Below are positions 38,442-47,822 of a DNA stretch of 64,000 nucleotides, in pieces; position 1 is the first letter of the stretch; each line of letters begins with the position of its first letter. This DNA is from Thermoplasmatota archaeon (GTDB lineage Archaea > Thermoplasmatota > Penumbrarchaeia > Penumbrarchaeales > Penumbrarchaeaceae): assembly GCA_029762535.1 (NCBI GenBank), contig JARVGK010000003.1, positions 64,001 to 128,000 on the forward strand. The letters are read 5' to 3'. The translations under genes were made by a program, and so were the position numbers. Below the pieces are notes generated by a model. The model had not been told where the DNA came from. It made no database searches and saw only the letters and a program-made list of their open reading frames with translations.

Positions 38442-38492
38442 GAACGATGAATGCGCTGGTCGGATTTATCATTTGACATCTCTTGAACGGGA

Positions 38493-39260
38493 TCAAAGAA
38501 CGTTGATGAAGAGGGTGTATGCGATGAGAAGTCCGATCCCCCCGAGAATGACCCCCCCGGCGATGAGAGCCACCCCCTTCACCATGTAGTGGGAGGCGAT
38601 CACCTCCTCGCCCTTGGCCGAAACTATGAGAACCCTGTCCTTGCGTATGGTGTAGGGGTTCACCAGAGCTTCGTCCTTAAGAGCGCTCTCCATGTCCATC
38701 TCGGTGGCCGTTCCCAGGACGTAGATCTCGTGATCGATGGGAAGGGACCTCTCCCTTATCCTGTACGTCCTGTTGAGTATGCCCAGAGGTCCCTTGAGAG
38801 GAAGGCCAAGCCCTCGTAGGACCCTTCCGCTATCCGGATCCACCCCTTTGAATCCGGATGTCATGACATTGAACGTATTGGCCATATGCAGATCGGCATC
38901 CTTCATAAGAACCCTGGTCAGCCCGGATCGGTCCCTGACGAGGAAGCGATCCCCCTTGCTCTCGCTGAACCGCCTTACCCAGCGGCTCCTCTTTCCGCTG
39001 CTTACCCGCTCCTCCACGATGGCGGAGTAAGCTACGCATGGGACGTGCCCGAAGGGCGAGAAGTATCTTGAGCCAGGCACCGGATCCACGGTCCCTTTGA
39101 TCTCCATCATCCCCTCTTCGACGTCCACGCTCATGCTGGTGGGGATCTCCTTGATGAGCCTGAACCGTTGAAGGGCCCTGATCCCGAAGAGGATCATGAG
39201 GGCCATTCCCGTCAGGAAGAGGAGGATGATGAGGACTATGAAAATGAATAGCCATTGCAC
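38493..39260 (-). CDS. GIDE-domain membrane protein
   Basis: N-terminal TM; LIKEIPTS, EIKGTV, SPFGHVPCVAY, FLVRDRSG and IRERSLP..IYVLG; C-terminal TM. Confidence 0.72.
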   Translation of the reverse strand: MQWLFIFIVLIILLFLTGMALMILFGIRALQRFRLIKEIPTSMSVDVEEGMMEIKGTVDPVPGSRYFSPFGHVPCVAYSAIVEERVSSGKRSRWVRRFSESKGDRFLVRDRSGLTRVLMKDADLHMANTFNVMTSGFKGVDPDSGRVLRGLGLPLKGPLGILNRTYRIRERSLPIDHEIYVLGTATEMDMESALKDEALVNPYTIRKDRVLIVSAKGEEVIASHYMVKGVALIAGGVILGGIGLLIAYTLFINVL

Positions 39261-39302
39261 ACAGATGGAACGTATTGCTATGTTATGTGGTTTATCCTTC
39301 GA

Positions 39303-40799
39303 TCAGAGCGTGATCCCGTAGATCCCCGAGAACTTTTCTTTGAGATAGCGGATGAAATGGTCCGCATCCGGGGCGGATCCCGTGGCCTTCTCAATGAGGA
39401 CCTTCGGGGGATACAGCTTGCCCTTTGAATGTATCCTCTCCCTGAGCCAGGAGAGTATCGGCGCGAATTCGGCCGATGCGACCCTGGAGCCGAGATCGGG
39501 CATGTCCCTGAGTATCGCGTTGTATATCTGGGCCGAGTACAGGTTTCCCAGGGTGTAGGTGGGGAAGTAGCCGAACAGCCCCATGGACCAGTGTATGTCC
39601 TGAAGGCATCCGTCGGCGTTCGTCGGCGGTCGGATCCCCAGATACTCCTCGTACTTGTCGTTCCATAATTCGGGGATCTCATCGACGCCTATCTTACCCT
39701 CCATGATCCCGGTCTCCATCTCGTACCGGATCATGATGTGCAGGTTATAGGTGACCTCGTCTGATTCGGTCCTGATGAGCGAAGGCCCGACAGTGTTCAC
39801 GGCCCTGAACATTTGATCCAGGGTCACATCGTTCATGTTGGGAAAATGCCTTTTCAGCTCCGGGAGCATGTGGGACCAGAACGGCCTGCTCCGGCCGATT
39901 ATGTTCTCCCAGAACCTGGACTGTGACTCGTGTATGCCAAGAGATACGCCCTCGGCAAGAGGTGTGAGGTAGTTATTCTCGAGATAACCCTGCTCGTAGA
40001 GGGCGTGCCCGGTCTCGTGTATCGTGGAGAACACCGAGTTCTTGAGGTTGTCGATCTCGAACCTGGTCGTCATCCTGACGTCCCTCCTGGTCCCGCTCGT
40101 GAAGGGATGAGCGGAGATGTCGAGCCTTCCTTTGTCGAAGTCGAACCCCAGCACCTTGGCCAGATGGTCGCAGAAGGCCTTCTGGTCCTCGATGGGGTAT
40201 TCCCTTCTGACCACTGTTTCGTCGATGACGATCCCGGACTCCGTTATCTTTTTCACGATATCGACGAGCCTCGATCTGAGCGAGGAGAAGAGTTCGGTTA
40301 TCTCCGAGGACCTCGCATAGGGTTCGTAAACGTCCAGCAGTGCGTCGTAGATGACATCATCGTATCCAACGCATTCGGCCTCTCTTTTTTTCAGCTCCAC
40401 CATCTTCACAAGGTACGGGGAGAACATGGAGAAATCGTCCTTCTTTCTGGCGTTCTGCCATGCCTGCTGGGCCACGGACTGCGTGGATGCGATCTCCTTC
40501 ACCAGGTCCTCCGGGATGGAGGTCTGCCTCCTGTAGGCCCTCCCGATCTCCCTGACGACGGCCGATACCTCTTCTCCGAGTTCGCTCTTCTCCAGAACGG
40601 AGACGAGCCTTCCGATCTCGGGGTCGGTGACCTTTCTGTGGTGTATCGCCGAGAGGACGGACATCTGTCCCGCCCTGTCGAGTATAGCCCCTGGGGGCAT
40701 GAAGGTCTCCTGGTCCCAGGAGAGATGGTTGATGGCCTGGTCGATGTAGGAGATCTCCGAATAGAGCTCCCTGAGCCTTGCATACTCCTCTTCTGCCAT
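39303..40799 (-). CDS. Carboxypeptidase, family M32
   Basis: LSWDQETFMP, SAHPF, HETGHALYEQ, HESQSRFWEN, IRTESDE and GCLQDIHWSMG.FGYFPTY. Confidence 0.96.
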   Translation of the reverse strand: MAEEEYARLRELYSEISYIDQAINHLSWDQETFMPPGAILDRAGQMSVLSAIHHRKVTDPEIGRLVSVLEKSELGEEVSAVVREIGRAYRRQTSIPEDLVKEIASTQSVAQQAWQNARKKDDFSMFSPYLVKMVELKKREAECVGYDDVIYDALLDVYEPYARSSEITELFSSLRSRLVDIVKKITESGIVIDETVVRREYPIEDQKAFCDHLAKVLGFDFDKGRLDISAHPFTSGTRRDVRMTTRFEIDNLKNSVFSTIHETGHALYEQGYLENNYLTPLAEGVSLGIHESQSRFWENIIGRSRPFWSHMLPELKRHFPNMNDVTLDQMFRAVNTVGPSLIRTESDEVTYNLHIMIRYEMETGIMEGKIGVDEIPELWNDKYEEYLGIRPPTNADGCLQDIHWSMGLFGYFPTYTLGNLYSAQIYNAILRDMPDLGSRVASAEFAPILSWLRERIHSKGKLYPPKVLIEKATGSAPDADHFIRYLKEKFSGIYGITL

Positions 40800-40857
40800 G
40801 GAGCATGAAAACCCGATGTTGAATATGTAGTTTTGTCCGGCCTATTCCGGAGCGTCC

Positions 40858-41247
40858 TCATTTCTCGTCCTTTTTGCTTTTCTTTTTTTTTCGCGAAGCG
40901 GCAAAGGCGATGATCACGATAAGGAGCACTATGAGGCCGAGGAACGAGACAGAGCAGCAAATACCCACGATCCACCAGGGGAATTCTTGCCCGTCGACCG
41001 TGGGAGGATGTCCTCCGTCCAGAGGATGCGTTCCGTCCAGATATTCCTGCAGGTTCGTCCTGCCGTCCCCGTCAGGGTCCTTGTCCGCATCCTTCACATA
41101 CGGATCCGTGCCGAACGCGATCTCCCACCAGTCGGGGATCCCGTCGCCGTCCGTGTCCTCGGCGGCAGCCGCGTTCGATAAAAAGAGAGACGAATAGAAA
41201 AGCAGAACAACGGTAAACAAGATGGACAAAGTCCTTTTGAACTTCAT
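40858..41247 (-). CDS. Small membrane-anchored protein with Ca-binding DxDxDG repeats
   Basis: Signal peptide, DTDGDGIPDWWE and DPDGDGRTNLQEY, C-terminal TM and basic tail. Confidence 0.8.
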   Translation of the reverse strand: MKFKRTLSILFTVVLLFYSSLFLSNAAAAEDTDGDGIPDWWEIAFGTDPYVKDADKDPDGDGRTNLQEYLDGTHPLDGGHPPTVDGQEFPWWIVGICCSVSFLGLIVLLIVIIAFAASRKKKKSKKDEK

Positions 41248-41337
41248 TAAAGGATCCCCGTATGGTAACAAGGCTGATAAGGCTCTGTCGTAGAAGAAAA
41301 GAACAGATATTTAAAAAATATCCGGCATGATGGGCTA

Positions 41338-41679
41338 TCATCTGAGCTTTTTTAGCGTGCGGGGAGTCAAGGGCTCCTCCTTTTCGAGGATCTCGCCGCT
41401 GGTGTCCACGATCCAGGAGATGTAATCTGGGCCCAGCTCCTCGAAGATGGCCGCCTTGATGCGTTCCGGGACGTACATGTTGTGCAGCATGAAATCTATG
41501 GACGAGTCCTCGTGCAGCCCCCATATGTGTTGGAAGAGCTCCTCTTCAACGCCTTCCCTGGACCCACTGAACTCCACGCTGCAGAAAGGGCATTCGACGA
41601 CAACGTCGATATCGGGATCCTCATCTTCGTAAAGTTCCTGGCCGTCCGCTCCCATGGAGCGTCCTTCGATGTCCGTCAT
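41338..41679 (-). CDS. Acidic hypothetical protein with C2H2-like zinc finger
   Basis: CPFC...HIWGLH spacing. Confidence 0.6.
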   Translation of the reverse strand: MTDIEGRSMGADGQELYEDEDPDIDVVVECPFCSVEFSGSREGVEEELFQHIWGLHEDSSIDFMLHNMYVPERIKAAIFEELGPDYISWIVDTSGEILEKEEPLTPRTLKKLR

Positions 41680-41819
41680 GCGCTGCCTGCCTTGTTTCGG
41701 AGCCCCCCATGAAAGAGGACCTTATTTTATCTTTCTCCCATGGTGATACATATCCTGACAATTCAGGGACAATGATGATACACGACCGATCGATAACATA
41801 TCAAAAACGGAGGAACTAC

Positions 41820-42098
41820 ATGACCGATGAGGAGTATCTGGATTTCTACGGCGCCGAATGCGAGGGCTGCGCCATGGTATCGGGATTCATAGATGAGATC
41901 GAGGTGGAGGAGAAAGTGTCTTTCAAGAAGCTTGAGGTGTGGCACAATTCCAAGAACCAATCCCTCATGATGGAGCTATCCAAGGAGAGATGCCATACGG
42001 TTCCAATGCTCTACAACCGCAGGACGGATTCCGTCCTGTGCGGATCCCCGACCAAGGACGACATCCTGAAATGGGTCAGGGAACAGAAATCGAAGTGA
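41820..42098 (+). CDS. Glutaredoxin/thioredoxin-like protein
   Basis: FYGAECEGC, KLEVWHN and CHTVPMLYN; GGAGGA RBS before ATG 41820. Confidence 0.8.
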   Translation: MTDEEYLDFYGAECEGCAMVSGFIDEIEVEEKVSFKKLEVWHNSKNQSLMMELSKERCHTVPMLYNRRTDSVLCGSPTKDDILKWVREQKSK

Positions 42099-42103
42099 TC
42101 TCT

Positions 42104-43219
42104 ATGATATTCGGATCGTTCGATCCCCTCAAGGGGGATATGTTCCAGGTCCTTGACCCTGACGGAAAGCTCGTGGCGGAGGATCCCGGCCTTGATCCGG
42201 TCCTCATGAAGGACCTGTACAGATGGATGCTCTACGGGAGGCTAGCCGACGAGAAGGCGGTCAAGCTCCAGAGACAGGGCAGGATGGGCACATACGCTCC
42301 GGGCAAGGGCCAGGAGGCGTCCCAGGTCGGCCCAGCGCTCGCCATGGGGGATTATGACTGGCTCTTTCCATCCTTCAGGGAGCTTACCACATACATGATC
42401 AGGGGTTACCCTCTGGAGTACAACCTGCTCTATTTCATGGGCGATGTAAGGTCAAATCAGGTACCGGAAGGGACGAAAAGCCTCCCCATATTCGTCCCCG
42501 TGGCAACACAGGTGCCCATCGCCGCCGGAGCGGCGTGGGCCCTGAAGAAAAAGGGCAGCGGCTCCGTTGTGGTGTGCTACATGGGCGACGGCGCGACCTC
42601 TGAGGGCGATTTTCATGAGGGGCTGAACTTCGCAGGTGTGTTCCGCGTCCCTGCGCTGTTCATTTCCCAGAACAATCAGTGGGCCATATCCGTTCCAAGG
42701 AAAAAGCAGACCCTGAGCCGGACAATAGCGCAGAAATCGCTCTCATACGGGATCCCAGGCGTTCTCGTGGATGGCAACGATGTGCTGGCTATGTACATTG
42801 CCGCCAGGGAGGGGATCGAAAGGGCCAGGAACGGGGAAGGCCCGTTCTTCATAGAGGCCTTCACATACCGGAGGATGATGCACACCACCGCCGACGATCC
42901 CGGCAGATACCGGACTCCCGAGGAGGAGGCGGAATGGGATCTGAAGGATCCCCTTCGCAGATTCAGGGCCTATCTGGAGGGAAGAGGGATCTGGACCCCT
43001 GAATGGCAGAAGCAACTGGAAGCGGATGCGGAGGAGATGATTAAGAAAGCTGTTGAGAAGGCGGAATCATTGGGGCCCCAGGAGCCGGAGGACCTTTTCC
43101 GGCATATGTATGAGGAGATGACCCCCGCCCTTGTGGAGCAGCTGGAGTATCTGAAATTCTCCCTGGCCAACAGGGAAATAGAGGAAGAGGCCGACGAGAT
43201 AAAGGGGGGATTCCCATAG
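42104..43219 (+). CDS. pdhA: 2-oxoacid dehydrogenase E1 alpha subunit
   Basis: LQRQGRMGTY, GQEASQVG, TPP motif GDGATSEGDFHEGLNFA..QNNQWAIS and HTTADDP. Confidence 0.95.
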   Translation: MIFGSFDPLKGDMFQVLDPDGKLVAEDPGLDPVLMKDLYRWMLYGRLADEKAVKLQRQGRMGTYAPGKGQEASQVGPALAMGDYDWLFPSFRELTTYMIRGYPLEYNLLYFMGDVRSNQVPEGTKSLPIFVPVATQVPIAAGAAWALKKKGSGSVVVCYMGDGATSEGDFHEGLNFAGVFRVPALFISQNNQWAISVPRKKQTLSRTIAQKSLSYGIPGVLVDGNDVLAMYIAAREGIERARNGEGPFFIEAFTYRRMMHTTADDPGRYRTPEEEAEWDLKDPLRRFRAYLEGRGIWTPEWQKQLEADAEEMIKKAVEKAESLGPQEPEDLFRHMYEEMTPALVEQLEYLKFSLANREIEEEADEIKGGFP

Positions 43220-43221
43220 AG

Positions 43222-44190
43222 ATGAACATGGTCCAGGCCATCAATTCCGCCTTGAAGGTCGAGATGGAGCGCGATCCCAGCGTCGTCGTACTCGGCGAGG
43301 ACGTAGGACTCAACGGAGGCGTGTTCAGGGCCACCGAGGGCCTTCAGGAGCTATTGGGCGAGGACAGGGTCATGGACACCCCTCTGGCCGAGTCGGGCAT
43401 AGTGGGGTTCTCCATAGGCGCCGCCCTCATGGGCATGAGGCCTGTGGCAGAGATACAATTCATGGGATTCCTCTGGCCCGCCATCGATCAGCTTGCGAGC
43501 CATGCCGGCAGGCTGAGGAACAGGACGCAGGGCCGCTTCTCGGTTCCGATGGTCGTCAGGTTCCCCTACGGCGGAGGCGTAAGGGCCCTGGAGCATCATG
43601 CGGAGAGCTACGAGGCTACGCTGGCGCACATCCCCGGACTCAAGGTGGTGATACCATCGACGCCGTATGATGCCAAGGGGCTGTTGATCTCCTCGATACG
43701 GGATCCTGATCCCGTCATATTCATGGAGCCGAAGAAACTGTACAGGGCCGGAAAGGAGGAGGTCCCCGAAGGGGAATACACCGAGCCGATCGGCAAGGCC
43801 AAGGTCCTTCGGGAGGGAGATGATATCACCCTAGTGGGCTGGGGATCCTTGGTCCCCAGGCTCTTGAAGGCGGCCCGGCTTATTGAGGACAAGGGGATCT
43901 CCGCGGAGGTGATCGACGTAAGGACGATCTCTCCATACGACGAGGGAACGGTCCACGACTCCCTGGAGAAGACAGGCAGGATGCTGGTGGCGCAGGAGGC
44001 GCATCGTAATCTGGGGTTCGCCTCGGAGATCGCGGCCAGGGCTCAGGAGAAGATGATGGATGTTATGGAGGCCCCGATCCTGAGGCTGACCGGTTTCGAC
44101 GTGCCGTTCCCGTTCTACAGGATGGAGAACTGGGCCATGCCCGATATTGACAGGATAATCAAGGGGATAAGGGAGGTGCTGACATGGTAG
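43222..44190 (+). CDS. pdhB: 2-oxoacid dehydrogenase E1 beta subunit
   Basis: GEDVGLNGGVFRATEGL, DTPLAESGIVG, PVAEIQF and PYDAKGLL. Confidence 0.96.
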   Translation: MNMVQAINSALKVEMERDPSVVVLGEDVGLNGGVFRATEGLQELLGEDRVMDTPLAESGIVGFSIGAALMGMRPVAEIQFMGFLWPAIDQLASHAGRLRNRTQGRFSVPMVVRFPYGGGVRALEHHAESYEATLAHIPGLKVVIPSTPYDAKGLLISSIRDPDPVIFMEPKKLYRAGKEEVPEGEYTEPIGKAKVLREGDDITLVGWGSLVPRLLKAARLIEDKGISAEVIDVRTISPYDEGTVHDSLEKTGRMLVAQEAHRNLGFASEIAARAQEKMMDVMEAPILRLTGFDVPFPFYRMENWAMPDIDRIIKGIREVLTW

Positions 44191-45377
44191 TGGAGTTCAG
44201 GTTCCCCGACGTGGGGGAGGGAATAACCGAAGGCAGATTGAAGAAATGGCATGTCGCCGAAGGTGATCAGATCAAGGAGGACCAGATAGTCGCCGAGATG
44301 GAGACCGACAAGGCGGTGGTGGAGATGCCCTCCCCGGCCTCCGGCAAGGTCCTGAAATTGAACTTCCTCGAGAACGAGAAGGTCAGGGTGGGGGAGGTCC
44401 TCCTCGTCATAGGCGGAGAGGGTGAGAAGGCCGGGGACACTGTTCAGGCAACGGCGGCCGTGGCGCCCCCCAAGGAGGGTTCATTGGGGGGCCTTCTGGG
44501 CAGGAGAAGGCCTTCTTCGACCAGGGCGATCCCGCGGGTCAGGATGCTGGCCGAGGAGAAGGGGGTGGACATGGAAAGCATCCCGGGCACGGGACCGGAG
44601 GGAAGGGTCACCGAGGAGGACGTGCTCAAAGCCGCGGCGCCGAAGAAGAAACCCCTTAAGATCAAGTCGAACTTCGATTTCTACGGACACATAGATCACG
44701 TTCCGTACACTGGCATGAGGGAGGTAATCGGCAGGAGGATGTCGGAATCCAAGTTCACGGCTCCTCACGCCACGACCATGGACGATGCCGATGTGACCGG
44801 GCTCTACAAGCTTAGGAAGAGGATCAACTCCGAGAAGGATATACATCTCACTTTCATACCCTATCTCATCATGACCGTCGTAGAGGCCCTCAAGGAGAAC
44901 CCGATGCTAAACGCGATGCTTGATCCAGAGAACGAGGACATCATCGTGAAAAAGTACTACAACATCGGGATCGCAGTGGACACCCCCAACGGGTTGATGG
45001 TCCCCGTCGTAAAGAGGGTGGAGCAGAAGAAGATGAAAGGTATCCAGAAGGAGATAGAGGGCCTCGTGGAGAGGGCCAAGGATAGGTCGATCGACCTTGC
45101 CGATCTCAAGGGCGGGACCTTCACGATCTCCAATTACGGGTCGATTGGAGGGATATACGGGGTACCCGTCATCAATTTCCCGGAGGTGGCGATCCTTGGG
45201 GTAGGGAGGATAAGGGACATGCCCGTGGTCAAGGACGGGAAGATAGCGATCCGAAAGGTAATGGGATTGTCCCTGTCGATCGACCACAGGGTGGTCGATG
45301 GAGGCAACGCCTCGAGGTTCCTCAACAGGGTCATAGAGCTTCTGGAGGATCCGAAATGGCTTTCGGATAAGGTCTGA
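44184..45377 (+). CDS. pdhC: Dihydrolipoamide acyltransferase E2
   Basis: Lipoyl motif ETDKAVVE, E3-binding GTGPEGRVT, GGTFTISN and DHRVVDG. Confidence 0.95.
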   Translation: MVVEFRFPDVGEGITEGRLKKWHVAEGDQIKEDQIVAEMETDKAVVEMPSPASGKVLKLNFLENEKVRVGEVLLVIGGEGEKAGDTVQATAAVAPPKEGSLGGLLGRRRPSSTRAIPRVRMLAEEKGVDMESIPGTGPEGRVTEEDVLKAAAPKKKPLKIKSNFDFYGHIDHVPYTGMREVIGRRMSESKFTAPHATTMDDADVTGLYKLRKRINSEKDIHLTFIPYLIMTVVEALKENPMLNAMLDPENEDIIVKKYYNIGIAVDTPNGLMVPVVKRVEQKKMKGIQKEIEGLVERAKDRSIDLADLKGGTFTISNYGSIGGIYGVPVINFPEVAILGVGRIRDMPVVKDGKIAIRKVMGLSLSIDHRVVDGGNASRFLNRVIELLEDPKWLSDKV

Positions 45378-45485
45378 TCCCGTAGTGAATTTTGTTTAGT
45401 TAGTTCTGCTCTGTGGAACTAAGTGAATAAAAATTACCATGTTTATAGTAAAATATAATTAGAACTTCTACTATAAGTAGAATTA
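45378..45485 (+). promoter_or_regulatory. AT-rich abiE promoter with inverted repeats (probable autoregulatory operators)
   Basis: TAGTTC-N9-GAACTA (45401-45421) and TTCTACT-ATA-AGTAGAA (45466-45482). Confidence 0.5.
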
Positions 45486-46277
45486 ATGGATACAAATTAC
45501 TATCTGACCCCTTCGGAACAGAGAATACTTAACGTCATCGATAACGCCTCTTTCATTGAAAAGAAGGCTCTCTCCGAACATTTGTATGGAATGAACGATA
45601 AGAATCTGGATAAGGGCTTGACCTCCCTCTCGAGAAAAGGGGAGATCTTCCGATTGAAGAGAGGTTTCTATATCAGGACGGGAGCCAGAGGCATCGATAC
45701 GACATTGATCCTGAGAGCAGCTCCAGTGGCATACGGAGGTTACATCGCCTTCGATACCGCTTTGCGAATCTACGACCTTCTCGATTATGAACCGTTCACT
45801 ATCATGGTATCAACTCCTTATCATTCGGGGTCGATCCCTATCTGTCAGTATGAGATAGTCTATACTTCAATGGGGGAAAGATGCCGGGGCCAGGTCAATC
45901 AAGATGGGATATGGGTGTCCGATCTGGAGAAGACCTTTTTCGATTGTTTCTACAGACCTGACCTTTCCGGAGGATACCAGAACATCTCCAAAGCAATAGC
46001 TCAGGTCAAGGACCTATCATGGAAAAGGTTCGGTTCCTATCTTCAGAGACTTGGGACCGACCCTCTCAGGCAAAGAGTTGGTTACATCACTTCAAAAGTC
46101 CTTGCATCAAGGATCGATGATGAGATCAAGGAGTTCCTTGAAGGATTGAAAGGATCGGTGAAGACACCGACCCGTCTGCTTCCAAGCGGCCCCACAGGGG
46201 GAAAATCGAATAAAGAATGGAAGGTTCAGGATAATTTGGGTATAAATGTTTGGGGAGAGTGGATGAGTGGTCATTGA
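45486..46277 (+). CDS. Type IV toxin-antitoxin antitoxin, AbiEi family
   Basis: N-terminal wHTH (RLKRGFY), GYIAFDTALRIY, VSDLEKTFFDC..RPDLSGG and QRVGY. Confidence 0.87.
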   Translation: MDTNYYLTPSEQRILNVIDNASFIEKKALSEHLYGMNDKNLDKGLTSLSRKGEIFRLKRGFYIRTGARGIDTTLILRAAPVAYGGYIAFDTALRIYDLLDYEPFTIMVSTPYHSGSIPICQYEIVYTSMGERCRGQVNQDGIWVSDLEKTFFDCFYRPDLSGGYQNISKAIAQVKDLSWKRFGSYLQRLGTDPLRQRVGYITSKVLASRIDDEIKEFLEGLKGSVKTPTRLLPSGPTGGKSNKEWKVQDNLGINVWGEWMSGH

Positions 46278-47079
46278 TCCGGATGATATCGAAAGGATCT
46301 CCAGGAAGAGGGGTCTGGGACTAAAGTTCGTTTCAAAGGATATGAAGATATCCATTCTACTGGAGGCGATCTCGGCATGGGAGGGCCTGGATTTCGCCCT
46401 GAAGGGTGGGACGGCCATCAACAGACTCTACTTGAAGAATGACCAGAGGTTCTCCGAGGACATAGATATAGACCTTTTCGGCCCGGGAAGGATCGATGAG
46501 AGATTATCCAGGGTCAGAGAACTGTTCGATGATATCCAGGGGTTCGATATCATCGGCCCCAGGATGCTTTATCATAACGCCAGATTCGATGCGATCTACA
46601 CAAGCGAGTTCGGAGAAAAGGACCGGGTGATGCTCGATATCAACATAGGATATGACAGGTCCTACTGCGTGAACCCGATCGAGAGAAGACCGATAACGTC
46701 TTCGATTATAGCCTATCCCTCTGCGATGGTCCCGGTATATTCTATGGAGGATCTTTTGGCCCAGAAGTTCATGGCGCTTGAAAACAGGATCGAGGGGAAG
46801 GATGTCTACGACATCAAGATGGCACTAAATACCAAGTTCGATGTGGGGATTCTAAAAAGTTCGATCATCCAGCGACTTGAAATGATGAAAATGGAAAAAG
46901 ACCTGTCATCCTTCCTGGATTCCCTTATGGAAAGACGCGACCTCTTTTTAGACAATTGGGTTAGGATAATGAATGCGACCAATCATTATCTCCCAAAGGA
47001 CAGAAGACCCGATTGGCGCTCCTTCATTAGGACCCTCTTCGACGATATTCAAGATAAGGTCATAGGCGAGATCCAATAA
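46267..47079 (+). CDS. AbiEii/AbiGii-family nucleotidyltransferase toxin
   Basis: LKGGTAIN, RFSEDID, EDLLAQK.AL..R and KDVYD; overlaps the antitoxin stop. Confidence 0.9.
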   Translation: MVIDPDDIERISRKRGLGLKFVSKDMKISILLEAISAWEGLDFALKGGTAINRLYLKNDQRFSEDIDIDLFGPGRIDERLSRVRELFDDIQGFDIIGPRMLYHNARFDAIYTSEFGEKDRVMLDINIGYDRSYCVNPIERRPITSSIIAYPSAMVPVYSMEDLLAQKFMALENRIEGKDVYDIKMALNTKFDVGILKSSIIQRLEMMKMEKDLSSFLDSLMERRDLFLDNWVRIMNATNHYLPKDRRPDWRSFIRTLFDDIQDKVIGEIQ

Positions 47080-47179
47080 ACTGTGAATGATCGGTGTAAA
47101 GGACGACTCTCTCGGGGTGGACATCCCTCCGATCGGTTGAGGTCGGGCATGGATCGCCAATGTTCAGGCGTTCGTAGGA

Positions 47180-47656
47180 TCACCCTTCGACATGCTTGCA
47201 GATCGCTATCGGGGATCTGTTCTTGATCCCCATCGCCTCCAGATCCAGAGGGCTCACAAGGATCCGGTCGTTGTCCCTGGCATCTATCTGGTGTGCCCTC
47301 AGTTTGCAGTTCTTGTCGCAATGGATGATGTCCACCATGTCCCCGCTCCTCAATTCGAGATAATCCATTACCACCTTGGGGATCATGACATGGCCCGTAT
47401 ATCCCATGGGCTCCTTCTGGATGTGGACCTTCTTCGTCTTTAGGTATCTTTCGGCGATCTTTTGATCCATATCGTCGAGGAGCCGGAAGACCTTGACCTT
47501 GATCTCATGCTCGGTGATCCCCGGATGGGGATCTATCATGTCCGCTATCATGTTCGATGAATCGCTGTCCAGGCCTACCGTCTTAAGCGATTCGACGATC
47601 TTCTTTCTGCGGAACCTCTCCTGGGTCCCATCTTCCAGTGTCACCCTGTCGCTCAT
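47180..47656 (-). CDS. ATP-cone domain fused to a double-psi/CDC48-N-like beta-barrel
   Basis: VTLEDGTQERFRRKKIVESL..ITEHEIK ATP-cone pattern; MDYLELRSGDMVDI and DLEAMGI repeats; GGAGGTGA RBS. Confidence 0.65.
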   Translation of the reverse strand: MSDRVTLEDGTQERFRRKKIVESLKTVGLDSDSSNMIADMIDPHPGITEHEIKVKVFRLLDDMDQKIAERYLKTKKVHIQKEPMGYTGHVMIPKVVMDYLELRSGDMVDIIHCDKNCKLRAHQIDARDNDRILVSPLDLEAMGIKNRSPIAICKHVEG

Positions 47657-47822
47657 GTTATCACCTCCAATATGAAGATCCCACCCTCCCATCCAGAAGA
47701 AGATGAGAGATCCGTGAATATATTGTTCCACAGGGTATTTAAAGGTTCATGCTAAGCGAAGACCGATGTTTTTGACCATATACATTCTGATGCGGTTCAC
47801 AAGAGGTTCAATATTGTTGAAC

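Noticed and set aside
40883-40891. T9 homopolymer as a phase-variation tract
   Set aside because: It encodes the lysine-rich stop-transfer tail at the end of a membrane protein and the frame is intact
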